Origin: Chitinophaga pinensis | GTDB lineage: Bacteria > Bacteroidota > Bacteroidia > Bacteroidales > GCA-2748055 | Assembly (NCBI GenBank): GCA_945863035.1 | Contig: CAMAZH010000006.1 | Location: forward strand, 2,264-66,263 | Length of the DNA stretch: 64,000 nt | Reading direction: 5' to 3' | Shown: one piece after another, positions 56,561-64,000 of the stretch | Layout of the letters: each line of letters opens with the position of its first letter | Numbering within the stretch: position 1 is the stretch's first letter | The notes under the pieces: model-generated | The model's input: only the letters and a program-made list of their open reading frames with translations | Told to the model about the DNA's origin: nothing | Databases searched by the model: none | Translations under genes and position numbers: made by a program

Positions 56561-58453
56561 TTGAAAAAGCTTAAATCGTTTCTGCAGTTAGTATTGTTGC
56601 TTTTCTTTTTCGGGGGATGTGCAAAAATGGGTTCCCTTACAGGTGGCTACAAAGATGAAGTCCCGCCGGTGCTCATCTCATCCAAACCATTGAACTACTC
56701 TGTGAATTTTAATTCCGAGAAGATCGAACTGGAATTTGATGAGTATATAGCTCTCAAAAATGTTAATCAAGAGCTTATCATCTCCCCGCCACTTCCCAAA
56801 AAGCCTGTTGTGAGGATTAAAAACAAATCCGTAATTATCGATCTTAAAAACGAATTGAGGTCAAACACGACCTACACCTTGAACTTTGGGAAATCGATAA
56901 CCGACAATAACGAGGGCAACCCGCTTACGAATTTCGAGTTCGTGTTTTCAACCGGTACCTTTCTGGACTCCCTCTCGGTACAAGGCACCCTCCTCAATTC
57001 GTTCAATCTCCTGCCTTCCAAAGAACCTTTTGTGGTTGGATTGTATCACCAGTCTGTGGATTCCGTTCCCATGAAAACCATTCCGGTGTATATCGGAAAG
57101 ACCGATGCGAAGGGACTTTTCCAGATCAACAACATCAAGGCCGACACTTTTAAGCTCTTTGCGCTGAAAGATCTGAATTACAATTTGTTGTTTGACTTGC
57201 CCAATGAAGAAATTGGATTTGTCGACACCTTGCTCATTCTTACTCCTGAATTTCTCAGTTCCCTTCCCCTCAGAATCGCAGCTGCCGATACTGTTTTGAT
57301 GGATACTATTGATGTCAAAAAGCCCGTGCCGACCCCGTCGGTCGCTGACAAAAAAAGGGAAAAAAAGTCCAAAAAGAAGGAAAGTTTTGTCAGCCCAGCC
57401 GACACTGCAGTTGTTGACAGTCTCGACGAGAAAATGCAGTTACCCGCATTGTTTGTTGACATGTTTTATTTTCTGCCCGAGGCAACCAAGCAATATATGA
57501 CGAATAACGAGCGCATCAGCAGGGAAAATTTTCAGTTGTGTTTCAGCCTCCCCCTGAAAGACAACCCGGGAATCGAGGTTCTGGACAATGTAGTGGCCGA
57601 AACGTGGTACCTGCCGGAAGTTTCTGCCAAGAGGGATACTTTTAACTATTGGATCACCGACACAAACCTCATTAAACGCGACACGCTTAGCCTTCAGGTT
57701 GCCTATCCCATGAAGGATTCATTAGGAGTTACCTATACCCAGCTTGACACCTTAAAGTTTGTTAGTCGCAAGCCTGTAGCACAAACTTCAAAAGGCAAGT
57801 CAGAAAACAAGAAGGGTGAAACCAAAACCCCGGAAGTAAAGTTAACGCCAACAAGTATCCGAAACAACGGTATTCTTGATTTTTACGCGACACTTCCTTT
57901 TTCCTTTAATTATCCTCTTCAGAGAGTTGATACTTCTTTTTTGGAGTTGTACGCGAGAGTTGACACTTTGGAGGTATTGCAGAAATTCAGCTTTGTTGTG
58001 GATAGTTTTAATTTACGAAAGGCCCATCTGGATTGCACCTGGAAAGAAAAGACAAAATACAGGCTTCAAGCATTTCCCGGCGCCTTTAACGACATTTATA
58101 ACCATACAAATGACACGTTGCAGTTAAAGTTTTCGGTACAGGAGAAGGCTTTTTACGGTACCCTTACCCTAAGCTTAAGTGAAGTGAGTTCACCGATTTT
58201 TATTCAGCTTATGAACGAAAAGGAGCAAGTTCTGAGAACTGCCACAGCTGATAAAGATGGTCAGGTTTTGTTTGAGTTTCTATCCCCGGCAAAGTATAAA
58301 CTGAAGTTTATATACGATAGGAATACCAATGGCAAGTGGGATACGGGCGACTATTCGAATAAAATCCAGCCTGAACGAGTTTCATTTTATATAGGAGACA
58401 TAAATGTTCGTTCAAACTGGGATCTTGAGGTGAAGGAGTCTTTCAAACATTAA
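56561..58453 (+). CDS. Ig-like (SbsA_Ig-type) domain lipoprotein, function unknown
   Basis: 630 aa. TTG start required to keep the lipoprotein signal (LLLFFFGGC). N-terminal DEVPPVLISSKP... Ig-like domain and a Lys-rich linker. Confidence 0.7.
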   Translation: MKKLKSFLQLVLLLFFFGGCAKMGSLTGGYKDEVPPVLISSKPLNYSVNFNSEKIELEFDEYIALKNVNQELIISPPLPKKPVVRIKNKSVIIDLKNELRSNTTYTLNFGKSITDNNEGNPLTNFEFVFSTGTFLDSLSVQGTLLNSFNLLPSKEPFVVGLYHQSVDSVPMKTIPVYIGKTDAKGLFQINNIKADTFKLFALKDLNYNLLFDLPNEEIGFVDTLLILTPEFLSSLPLRIAAADTVLMDTIDVKKPVPTPSVADKKREKKSKKKESFVSPADTAVVDSLDEKMQLPALFVDMFYFLPEATKQYMTNNERISRENFQLCFSLPLKDNPGIEVLDNVVAETWYLPEVSAKRDTFNYWITDTNLIKRDTLSLQVAYPMKDSLGVTYTQLDTLKFVSRKPVAQTSKGKSENKKGETKTPEVKLTPTSIRNNGILDFYATLPFSFNYPLQRVDTSFLELYARVDTLEVLQKFSFVVDSFNLRKAHLDCTWKEKTKYRLQAFPGAFNDIYNHTNDTLQLKFSVQEKAFYGTLTLSLSEVSSPIFIQLMNEKEQVLRTATADKDGQVLFEFLSPAKYKLKFIYDRNTNGKWDTGDYSNKIQPERVSFYIGDINVRSNWDLEVKESFKH

Positions 58454-58460
58454 GCAAGGG

Positions 58461-59426
58461 CTATTGTCTGCCTCTGTTGTTCAGCTCGTTCCAAATAAGC
58501 GCTCCGGCACCCAAAACCGCAATATTTTTGTCCTGAAGAGCGGAAGGAAGCAGTTTTATTTTATTCCGGTAAATGGGCAGAAGATAGTGTTCCATATACT
58601 TGCGGGTAGGGGCAAAGATAAGGTCCCCGGCGCAAGAGAGTCCGCCGAATAGAAAAATCGCTTCAGGGCTTGTATGAGCCACAGCGTCGGCAAGTTTGAG
58701 GCCCAGCATTTTCGCGGTGTAGTCGAAAGCCTTAAGCGCGAGAGTATCGCCCTTTTGTGCAGCCTCGCTGATCATCTTGGCATCAAGGTCGTGAAAACTG
58801 ACGTTTCGGAGCTCACTGTCCTCAATTTCGGAGGCGATCATTTTGTACATGGTTCTTTTGATCCCGCTGGCAGAAACGTAGGTTTCCAGGCAGCCCTGTT
58901 TTCCGCACGCACACTGTCGGCCTTCGGGAACGACTACGGTATGTCCGAGTTCGCCTGCAAACCCGTCATGACCGTATACCAGTTTTCCGTCCACAACAAA
59001 TCCGCTTCCCAAACCGGTGCCCAGGGTGATCATAATAAAATGCTTCATTCCTTTGCCGCCGCCATAGATTAGTTCTCCCAATGCTGCAGCATTCGCGTCG
59101 TTGGTAATAATTACCGGTACTTCAAAATGTTTTTTCAATAAGCTGCCCAGATCCACAGAACCTTTCCAGGGCAGGTTTGGTGCGAATTCAATTTTGCCGG
59201 TATAAAAATTACCGTTTGGAGCGCCCACACCCACACCTACAATCTCGAAGGCTTCTTTTTCGATAACCTTTTTTAATTGTTTGTATAGCGCTGTTAGAAA
59301 ATCCTCAATTTTTGGATACTTGTCTGTGGGAATAGAGCCCTCATGTGTTAACTCCCCATTTTCGGACACAAGCCCAAACTTTGTGAACGTACCGCCAATA
59401 TCAATTCCTATTACACGTTTTTTCAT
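58461..59426 (-). CDS. ROK family glucokinase/sugar kinase
   Basis: GIDIGGT, the zinc motif CACGKQGCLE, and the ExGH region (AGELGH). Start moved to the ATG at 59424-59426. Confidence 0.88.
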   Translation of the reverse strand: MKKRVIGIDIGGTFTKFGLVSENGELTHEGSIPTDKYPKIEDFLTALYKQLKKVIEKEAFEIVGVGVGAPNGNFYTGKIEFAPNLPWKGSVDLGSLLKKHFEVPVIITNDANAAALGELIYGGGKGMKHFIMITLGTGLGSGFVVDGKLVYGHDGFAGELGHTVVVPEGRQCACGKQGCLETYVSASGIKRTMYKMIASEIEDSELRNVSFHDLDAKMISEAAQKGDTLALKAFDYTAKMLGLKLADAVAHTSPEAIFLFGGLSCAGDLIFAPTRKYMEHYLLPIYRNKIKLLPSALQDKNIAVLGAGALIWNELNNRGRQ

Positions 59427-59791
59427 TTTCAAAACCATTTCAGATTAAGTATTTTTTTGGTAAAGGACCTTTACTGTTTTGATAAAACGTGGTAAAGATA
59501 ATCGTTTGCCGGGACAAAGAAACAAAAAATAACTTTCAAAAGCGGGAGAGGTGGTTGTACCGAATGAATTAAATCCCTTTAAGAGATTCAGTCGGCTTAA
59601 GGCTTTTGAAGTGTTTCCCAAAAAGGTGCTGCAAGACTTGACTGTATTATCGAGACTTTTCGGCACAATTCACAAGTTCTGGTTTTACCATGCTATTCTC
59701 TACAACCTCTTCAAAAAGAATGTTGTGCATTCTCAAACGATTAAAGATTGTTTTATTGAAATAATATTTAATTTAGCTGAGATTAAATTTA

Positions 59792-60658
59792 ATGCCTGCC
59801 ATGATGAAAAATTTTATTATTCCCATTGATTTTTCAAGCGATTCTTTAAAAGGACTTGATGTTGCCGTACTTTTTTCCAGAAGACTGCATGTAAATATTC
59901 AGATGGTTTACGTTCAGAAAAGCAGCGAGGATTACCACCCCGGCTCAATGGAGGAAGAACATAAGTTTGCCGAAACCAGGTTTAAGGAGATCATCGCAAA
60001 ATATGAGGAAAAATTAGGAAACGATTCGAAGCTTCGTTACATCATTAAGAAGGGGAAAATCTATCAGGAAATTGTAAATCAGGCAGAATCGTACAACAAT
60101 AGCATAATTGCCGCATCCACCCATGGGGCCTCCGGGTTTGAGGATTTTTTTATCGGCAGCAACGCCATCAAGATTATCTCTGCCACAGGCAAACCCGTCA
60201 TTACCATCCGCAAGGGAAATTGCCCTTCTGATATAAAGAAAATCATTGTTCCCATTAAAATGAACGTTGACACGCGGCAAAAAATCCCTTGGGCTATGGA
60301 GGTTGCCGAATTGTTCGAAGCGGAAATACACCTAATTGCTATTTCCACGACCACAAACAAGAAGGATTTGGCCCGGATAAAAGCTTACCAAAGCCAAAGT
60401 GCCGACTATATTGCCAAGCGCAAGATCCCCGTTGTAGCCAAGCAGCTGTTTGGAGATAGCCTGTCAACCCTGGTCACAAATTATGCCACTGCGGTGAATG
60501 CCGATCTGCTGGTTATCGGATCCAGCCGCTTCAACGGATCCAGCAAGCCAATGGGCGGATATGTTCAGGAAATCCTGAACACCTCTCCGGTACCTGTGTT
60601 GTGCATAACCCCCGGTGAGAAACATGTTCCGGTGGGGTTTCATGTGGGATCAAAATAA
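59792..60658 (+). CDS. tandem-domain universal stress protein
   Basis: 288 aa. Two UspA-like halves. The first carries STHGASGF, resembling the ATP-binding G-x2-G-x9-G(S/T) motif. Confidence 0.82.
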   Translation: MPAMMKNFIIPIDFSSDSLKGLDVAVLFSRRLHVNIQMVYVQKSSEDYHPGSMEEEHKFAETRFKEIIAKYEEKLGNDSKLRYIIKKGKIYQEIVNQAESYNNSIIAASTHGASGFEDFFIGSNAIKIISATGKPVITIRKGNCPSDIKKIIVPIKMNVDTRQKIPWAMEVAELFEAEIHLIAISTTTNKKDLARIKAYQSQSADYIAKRKIPVVAKQLFGDSLSTLVTNYATAVNADLLVIGSSRFNGSSKPMGGYVQEILNTSPVPVLCITPGEKHVPVGFHVGSK

Positions 60659-60661
60659 GGC

Positions 60662-61462
60662 TTACGACACTTTAACTTCTTTCATAAATTCGCGGGTAAG
60701 TATTTTCTGTTGAAGAGTTGTGGGGATCAGTTTTTGAAGCAGGATCAGGAAACGGTTCACCCGAAGCGGGATATACATGAATTTTCCCGAAAGCATCTTT
60801 TCGATGGCGTTTTTAGCCAGAACTTCGACCGAGACTGCTGTTAATCTTGCTTTTGCCCCATGAGCCTCAATTCTGGCGTGGGTTCCGGCATTGGTTCTTA
60901 CCCCGTTTGGGCAAACCACCGACACGCTGATGGGAGAGCCTTTCAACTCGTACCGGAGCGCCCGGCTGAAGTTCACCACATATGCCTTGCTGGCACTGTA
61001 AACGGTTTTATAGGGTATGGAAAAGAAAGCCGAAAGACTTCCCACATTTAAAATGTACGATTTCTCCTGCTTTTTCAGTTCGGGGATAAAGTAGCGGGTG
61101 AGCAGGGTGAGGGCCCGAATGTTTACCATTATCCTGACATCGCTATAGTATGGGTCGGAGTTTTCGAACACCGCAGTACCCGCAACCCCCGCATTGTTAA
61201 CAAGGATGTTCACCGCATACTTTTTTTCTTTCACCCAGTTATAAACGCTTTCCGGGCTTTCAAGCTGAGAAAGGTCGGTCTCGAAATAGTCGGTTATTAC
61301 ATTGTGTTTTTCGCGAATTTCGCGCGCCACATCGCCAAGCCCCTCATTGGGCAGCGAAACCAGTAAAAGGTTCATTTTTCTGCTTCCGCAATACCAGGCA
61401 ATGCCCTTTCCAATTCCTGAACTGGCGCCGGTTATAAGGGCGAAGGAGTTTTCTTGTATCAT
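60662..61462 (-). CDS. short-chain dehydrogenase/reductase (classical SDR)
   Basis: TGASSGIGKG, NNAG, and YSASK catalytic motif. ATGA overlap with the upstream gene. Confidence 0.88.
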   Translation of the reverse strand: MIQENSFALITGASSGIGKGIAWYCGSRKMNLLLVSLPNEGLGDVAREIREKHNVITDYFETDLSQLESPESVYNWVKEKKYAVNILVNNAGVAGTAVFENSDPYYSDVRIMVNIRALTLLTRYFIPELKKQEKSYILNVGSLSAFFSIPYKTVYSASKAYVVNFSRALRYELKGSPISVSVVCPNGVRTNAGTHARIEAHGAKARLTAVSVEVLAKNAIEKMLSGKFMYIPLRVNRFLILLQKLIPTTLQQKILTREFMKEVKVS

Positions 61463-62457
61463 CTCTGTAAGGTTTTAAGATCATCTAACCAGGTCAGTGT
61501 GCTTTTCAAGCCGGAACCGATGCTCATGGGATGGTATCCCAATTCCGCAATGGCTTTGGAACTGGATACATTCCAATGGTGGAGAAATTTTTTCACAAGG
61601 GGAGGGGTTATCAGCGGTTCTCTGCCGGAGAGCATTGCAAATCGAAGCAGGGTATGCGACAATATCATCATGAATGCCAGAGGGATATGGAACATACCTT
61701 GTTTTTTGCCGCTAAGGCTGCCCAGCACCGCGAAAAAATCGTTATAGGAAATATTGTCCCCGCCCAGAATATAATTCTCGCCCGACAAGCCTTTGTCCAT
61801 GGCCAGGATATGGCCGGTGACCACATCTTCGACGTGAACGTAGTTTCCGACGCTTTTCCCGTTTCCGGGAATCATGCGCCAACGACCTTCGGTGTAGCTT
61901 TTTATCATTCGGGTAACTCCGTTGCTTTCGCTAAGGAGTCCGGGACCATAAACACGGGTTGGATTTACGATTACAACAGAAATGCCCGATCTGCTCAGGG
62001 TTCGGAGAATCTCTTCAAGAATTGCTTTGGAGGCCTCGTAATCGATAAAATACTTTGGAGGTTTCGGGGTTGATTCGTCCACAAAACCAGTCTCCCCCGA
62101 CGGCCCGTACACACCGGCGGTGGAGGTGCACACAAACTTTTTTACCCCACATGCAATCCCCGCGGAAATAACATTCATCGCACCTTCGATGTTGAGTCGA
62201 TAGATCCGGGCCGGGTGAGGATCCCATACCTTGGCGAATGCTGCCGTATGGTATGCCTGATCGCATCCGGCCATAGCCGCCGCTAAACTCGCGCCCTCGA
62301 GGATATCCCCCTTGAAAAGAACAATATTGGGATGTCTGATGATTTCCGATTTGACAGCCGAGCGGTATAGGGCATGAACGATGTTGCCTTCGGAGGCAAG
62401 TCGCAGGGCCAGTCGACTGCCGATAAAACCTGTAGCTCCGCTGATGAATATTTTCAC
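61459..62457 (-). CDS. NAD-dependent epimerase/dehydratase (extended SDR, dihydroflavonol-reductase-like)
   Basis: GTG start at 62455-62457 (VKIFISGATGFIGS), YEASK. GTGA overlap with the upstream CPBP gene stop. Confidence 0.83.
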   Translation of the reverse strand: MKIFISGATGFIGSRLALRLASEGNIVHALYRSAVKSEIIRHPNIVLFKGDILEGASLAAAMAGCDQAYHTAAFAKVWDPHPARIYRLNIEGAMNVISAGIACGVKKFVCTSTAGVYGPSGETGFVDESTPKPPKYFIDYEASKAILEEILRTLSRSGISVVIVNPTRVYGPGLLSESNGVTRMIKSYTEGRWRMIPGNGKSVGNYVHVEDVVTGHILAMDKGLSGENYILGGDNISYNDFFAVLGSLSGKKQGMFHIPLAFMMILSHTLLRFAMLSGREPLITPPLVKKFLHHWNVSSSKAIAELGYHPMSIGSGLKSTLTWLDDLKTLQR

Positions 62458-63167
62458 GATTTGCTTTTTATAAGTTGCATTTTTGGATGGAAGAGAAAGG
62501 AAAACCATTCGTTTGAAAGCGCCAGAACGACGTGGGCAAAAAACGCGATCCAGAACGAGCCCGATTCAACAGCAAGGTAGGAGAGCAGAATTCCGAATGG
62601 AATGGCCCCCAGGGTTTCCTTGCTTCCTTTGGGAATGTGAACCAGAGAATATAATGCCGTATTCAGAAGGATTGATGGCCATAAGCCCAGAACGGGAAGA
62701 CTCGCGAAGAGCAGAAATCCCCTGAACAAAAACTCGTACGCAAGAAGGTATAGTACCCAGCTCAAAGCACTCGATATCAGCAGGGAAACCGACCATTGCT
62801 GATTTCGGATCTGGGGATATTGGGAAAGATTCTCGACATCCCGGGAGTTGACATAGTTCATGGGGATTATTACTGCCGATAATACCAGAATCCAGATCAG
62901 GGTGATGCGGTTGGGCGCTTTTGTCCCGAACATGCTGACGGGCAGATCAAGATAGAAGCCCATCACTGCAAGAGCGCCCAGTCCAAAGAACAGCACGCCG
63001 ATCATACGTTGGATAATGACATGGGGCGCATTGCTTGTGCTCTGACTTTCCCATAGTTTATAGGCCGGGCTGTTTGTTATGAGATGGTATAAAATAAAAC
63101 CGAATGAGGCAGTTGAAAATGCTGATATGAAGATCGTTATGGCTTCAGGGTTGGGGGTTGCGGGCAT
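62454..63167 (-). CDS. CPBP family intramembrane glutamic endopeptidase (CAAX protease-like)
   Basis: Start moved to the ATG at 63165-63167. EFLFRG (motif 1), LVH, and FFAHVVLALSNE (motif 3). Confidence 0.8.
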   Translation of the reverse strand: MPATPNPEAITIFISAFSTASFGFILYHLITNSPAYKLWESQSTSNAPHVIIQRMIGVLFFGLGALAVMGFYLDLPVSMFGTKAPNRITLIWILVLSAVIIPMNYVNSRDVENLSQYPQIRNQQWSVSLLISSALSWVLYLLAYEFLFRGFLLFASLPVLGLWPSILLNTALYSLVHIPKGSKETLGAIPFGILLSYLAVESGSFWIAFFAHVVLALSNEWFSFLFHPKMQLIKSKS

Positions 63168-63260
63168 TTTTCGAGGAGTTTGAAAACCAAATTTATGAAA
63201 AGAAGGGATAAGAACCGCCTTTTGGAACGAATTTATTAAAGATGTGCAGGGCAAAGTGGC

Positions 63261-63292
63261 GTGGGGATGTGACGGCGTAACGGCGTGATGAC
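63261..63292 (+). repeat. second, shorter locus of the 8-nt GTGAYGRN-type repeat
   Basis: Units GTGGGGAT GTGACGGC GTAACGGC GTGATGAC, in the intergenic region between the CPBP gene and the FISUMP gene. Confidence 0.6.
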
Positions 63293-63400
63293 AAGGGGAG
63301 GGATGGCCTCACTCCCTGCCATTGTTCCATCTTCACATTGAAAAAATGCAAAATTGCATGATGAGTTATTTGCATTCTGTCATTTTTTTAAACAATTTTC

Positions 63401-63408
63401 TACATTTG
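63401..63408 (+). promoter_or_regulatory. -7 promoter box TACATTTG
   Basis: Exact TAnnTTTG 53 nt upstream of the ATG at 63461. Confidence 0.4.
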
Positions 63409-63460
63409 TAACAAACCGCTGCATTTTCAACTTTTTCCCGGGACTTTAATTTTTTAAAAA

Positions 63461-64000
63461 TATGTATCTCAGAAAACAGACTCTCTCTCTGCTGCTCCTT
63501 TTGGGCATAAGCCTTTCGGGACTCCGAGCCCAAACCCTTTCCGATATCGATGGCAATCTTTACCCCACTGCCGTTATCGGCTCACAAACTTGGATGGCAA
63601 AAAACCTGTCGGTGAGCAAGTTTAAAAACGGAGAGGAAATACCTGAAGCCCGGACAGCCAAAAAGTGGGATGCGGCCAATAATGCGGGAAAACCAGCATG
63701 GTGCTATTACAATTACGATCCTGCCAACGGAATCCGTTATGGCAAGCTGTATAATTGGTATGCGGTGGCCGACCCCAGAGGCATTGCCCCCGAAGGATGG
63801 CACGTCCCCAGCGATGAAGAGTGGGCCGTGTTAATTGACACGCTTGGAGGGGAGAAGTTCGCTGGAGCCAGGATGAAAAGCAAAACAGGTTGGGACAATC
63901 CTTTGTCCAAAACCGATAATATCGTAATTACCGATGGCTTCACGGGACTACCCGCTGGAAGCTGTAACCACAGCGGATCGTTCTACGGTATTGGTGATAT
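63461..64000 (+). CDS. FISUMP (Fibrobacter succinogenes major paralogous) domain protein, 5' part (runs off the right edge)
   Basis: My translation gives MYLRKQTLSLLLLLGISLSGLRAQTLSDIDGNLYPTAVIGSQTWMAKNL...YGKLYNWYAV...APEGWHVPSDEEWAVL. This shows the DGN.Y.TV.IG.Q.WMA.NL, LYNW and GWH.PS..EW signatures. Open to the window end, so absent from the ORF track. Confidence 0.78.

Noticed and set aside
57350-57366. Two A7 tracts in the Ig-like lipoprotein gene as phase-variation switches
   Set aside because: The tracts are short and encode a Lys-rich linker (KKREKKSKKK). There is no evidence of frameshifted alternatives in the window.
59551-59829. 92-aa ORF in the 350-bp ROK/Usp intergenic region
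   Set aside because: It has no recognisable motifs, runs into the usp start, and has no TAnnTTTG box upstream. It is probably non-coding leader or promoter DNA. The 15-bp palindrome GTAAAGG-A-CCTTTAC at 59460-59474 upstream of the ROK gene was noted but is too short to interpret.

Overview
This looks like a chromosomal segment from a Bacteroidota (probably class Bacteroidia) genome. Three things point there: TAnnTTTG '-7' promoter boxes sit 20-55 nt upstream of many starts, Shine-Dalgarno sequences are absent, and the gene blocks DUF4271-hemD-rnpA and flippase-dut-TPR-DUF4292-M23 are phylum-typical. I support about 58 protein-coding genes. Two are truncated at the window edges and missing from the ORF track: crtB at 1-118 (-) and a FISUMP-domain protein at 63461-64000 (+). 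All product calls come from motif recognition by eye; no searches were run.

Most of the window is housekeeping: polA, uvrC, ruvB, pheS, mnmG, ybeY, dut, nadA, rpiB, gpmA, lgt, dtd, deoC, rnpA, ade and hemW. I recognised no rRNA, tRNA, CRISPR array, integrase or transposase, and no canonical defence system. I therefore cannot point to a clearly novel system.

The parts most worth a second look are:
- A metal-homeostasis neighbourhood at 47.1-55.5 kb. It holds two CDF transporters, a ZIP importer, a permease-HMA fusion, and a three-gene module (small Cys/His-rich protein, TonB-dependent receptor, HMA protein) in which every member carries a vicinal Cys-Cys pair. A Fur-family-like box lies upstream of zupT.
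- Two abutting perfect 16-bp parS-like palindromes directly after the mnmG stop codon.
- An 8-nt tandem repeat (GTGAYGRN x8) beginning in the dtd stop codon, with a shorter copy about 60 kb away.
- A RIC/YtfE-like hemerythrin gene coupled to a LuxR-type regulator whose receiver domain lacks the phospho-acceptor Asp.
- An intact-thioester alpha-2-macroglobulin gene paired with pbpC.

Several ORF-track starts were revised where the called TTG is simply the TTG of a TAnnTTTG promoter box.
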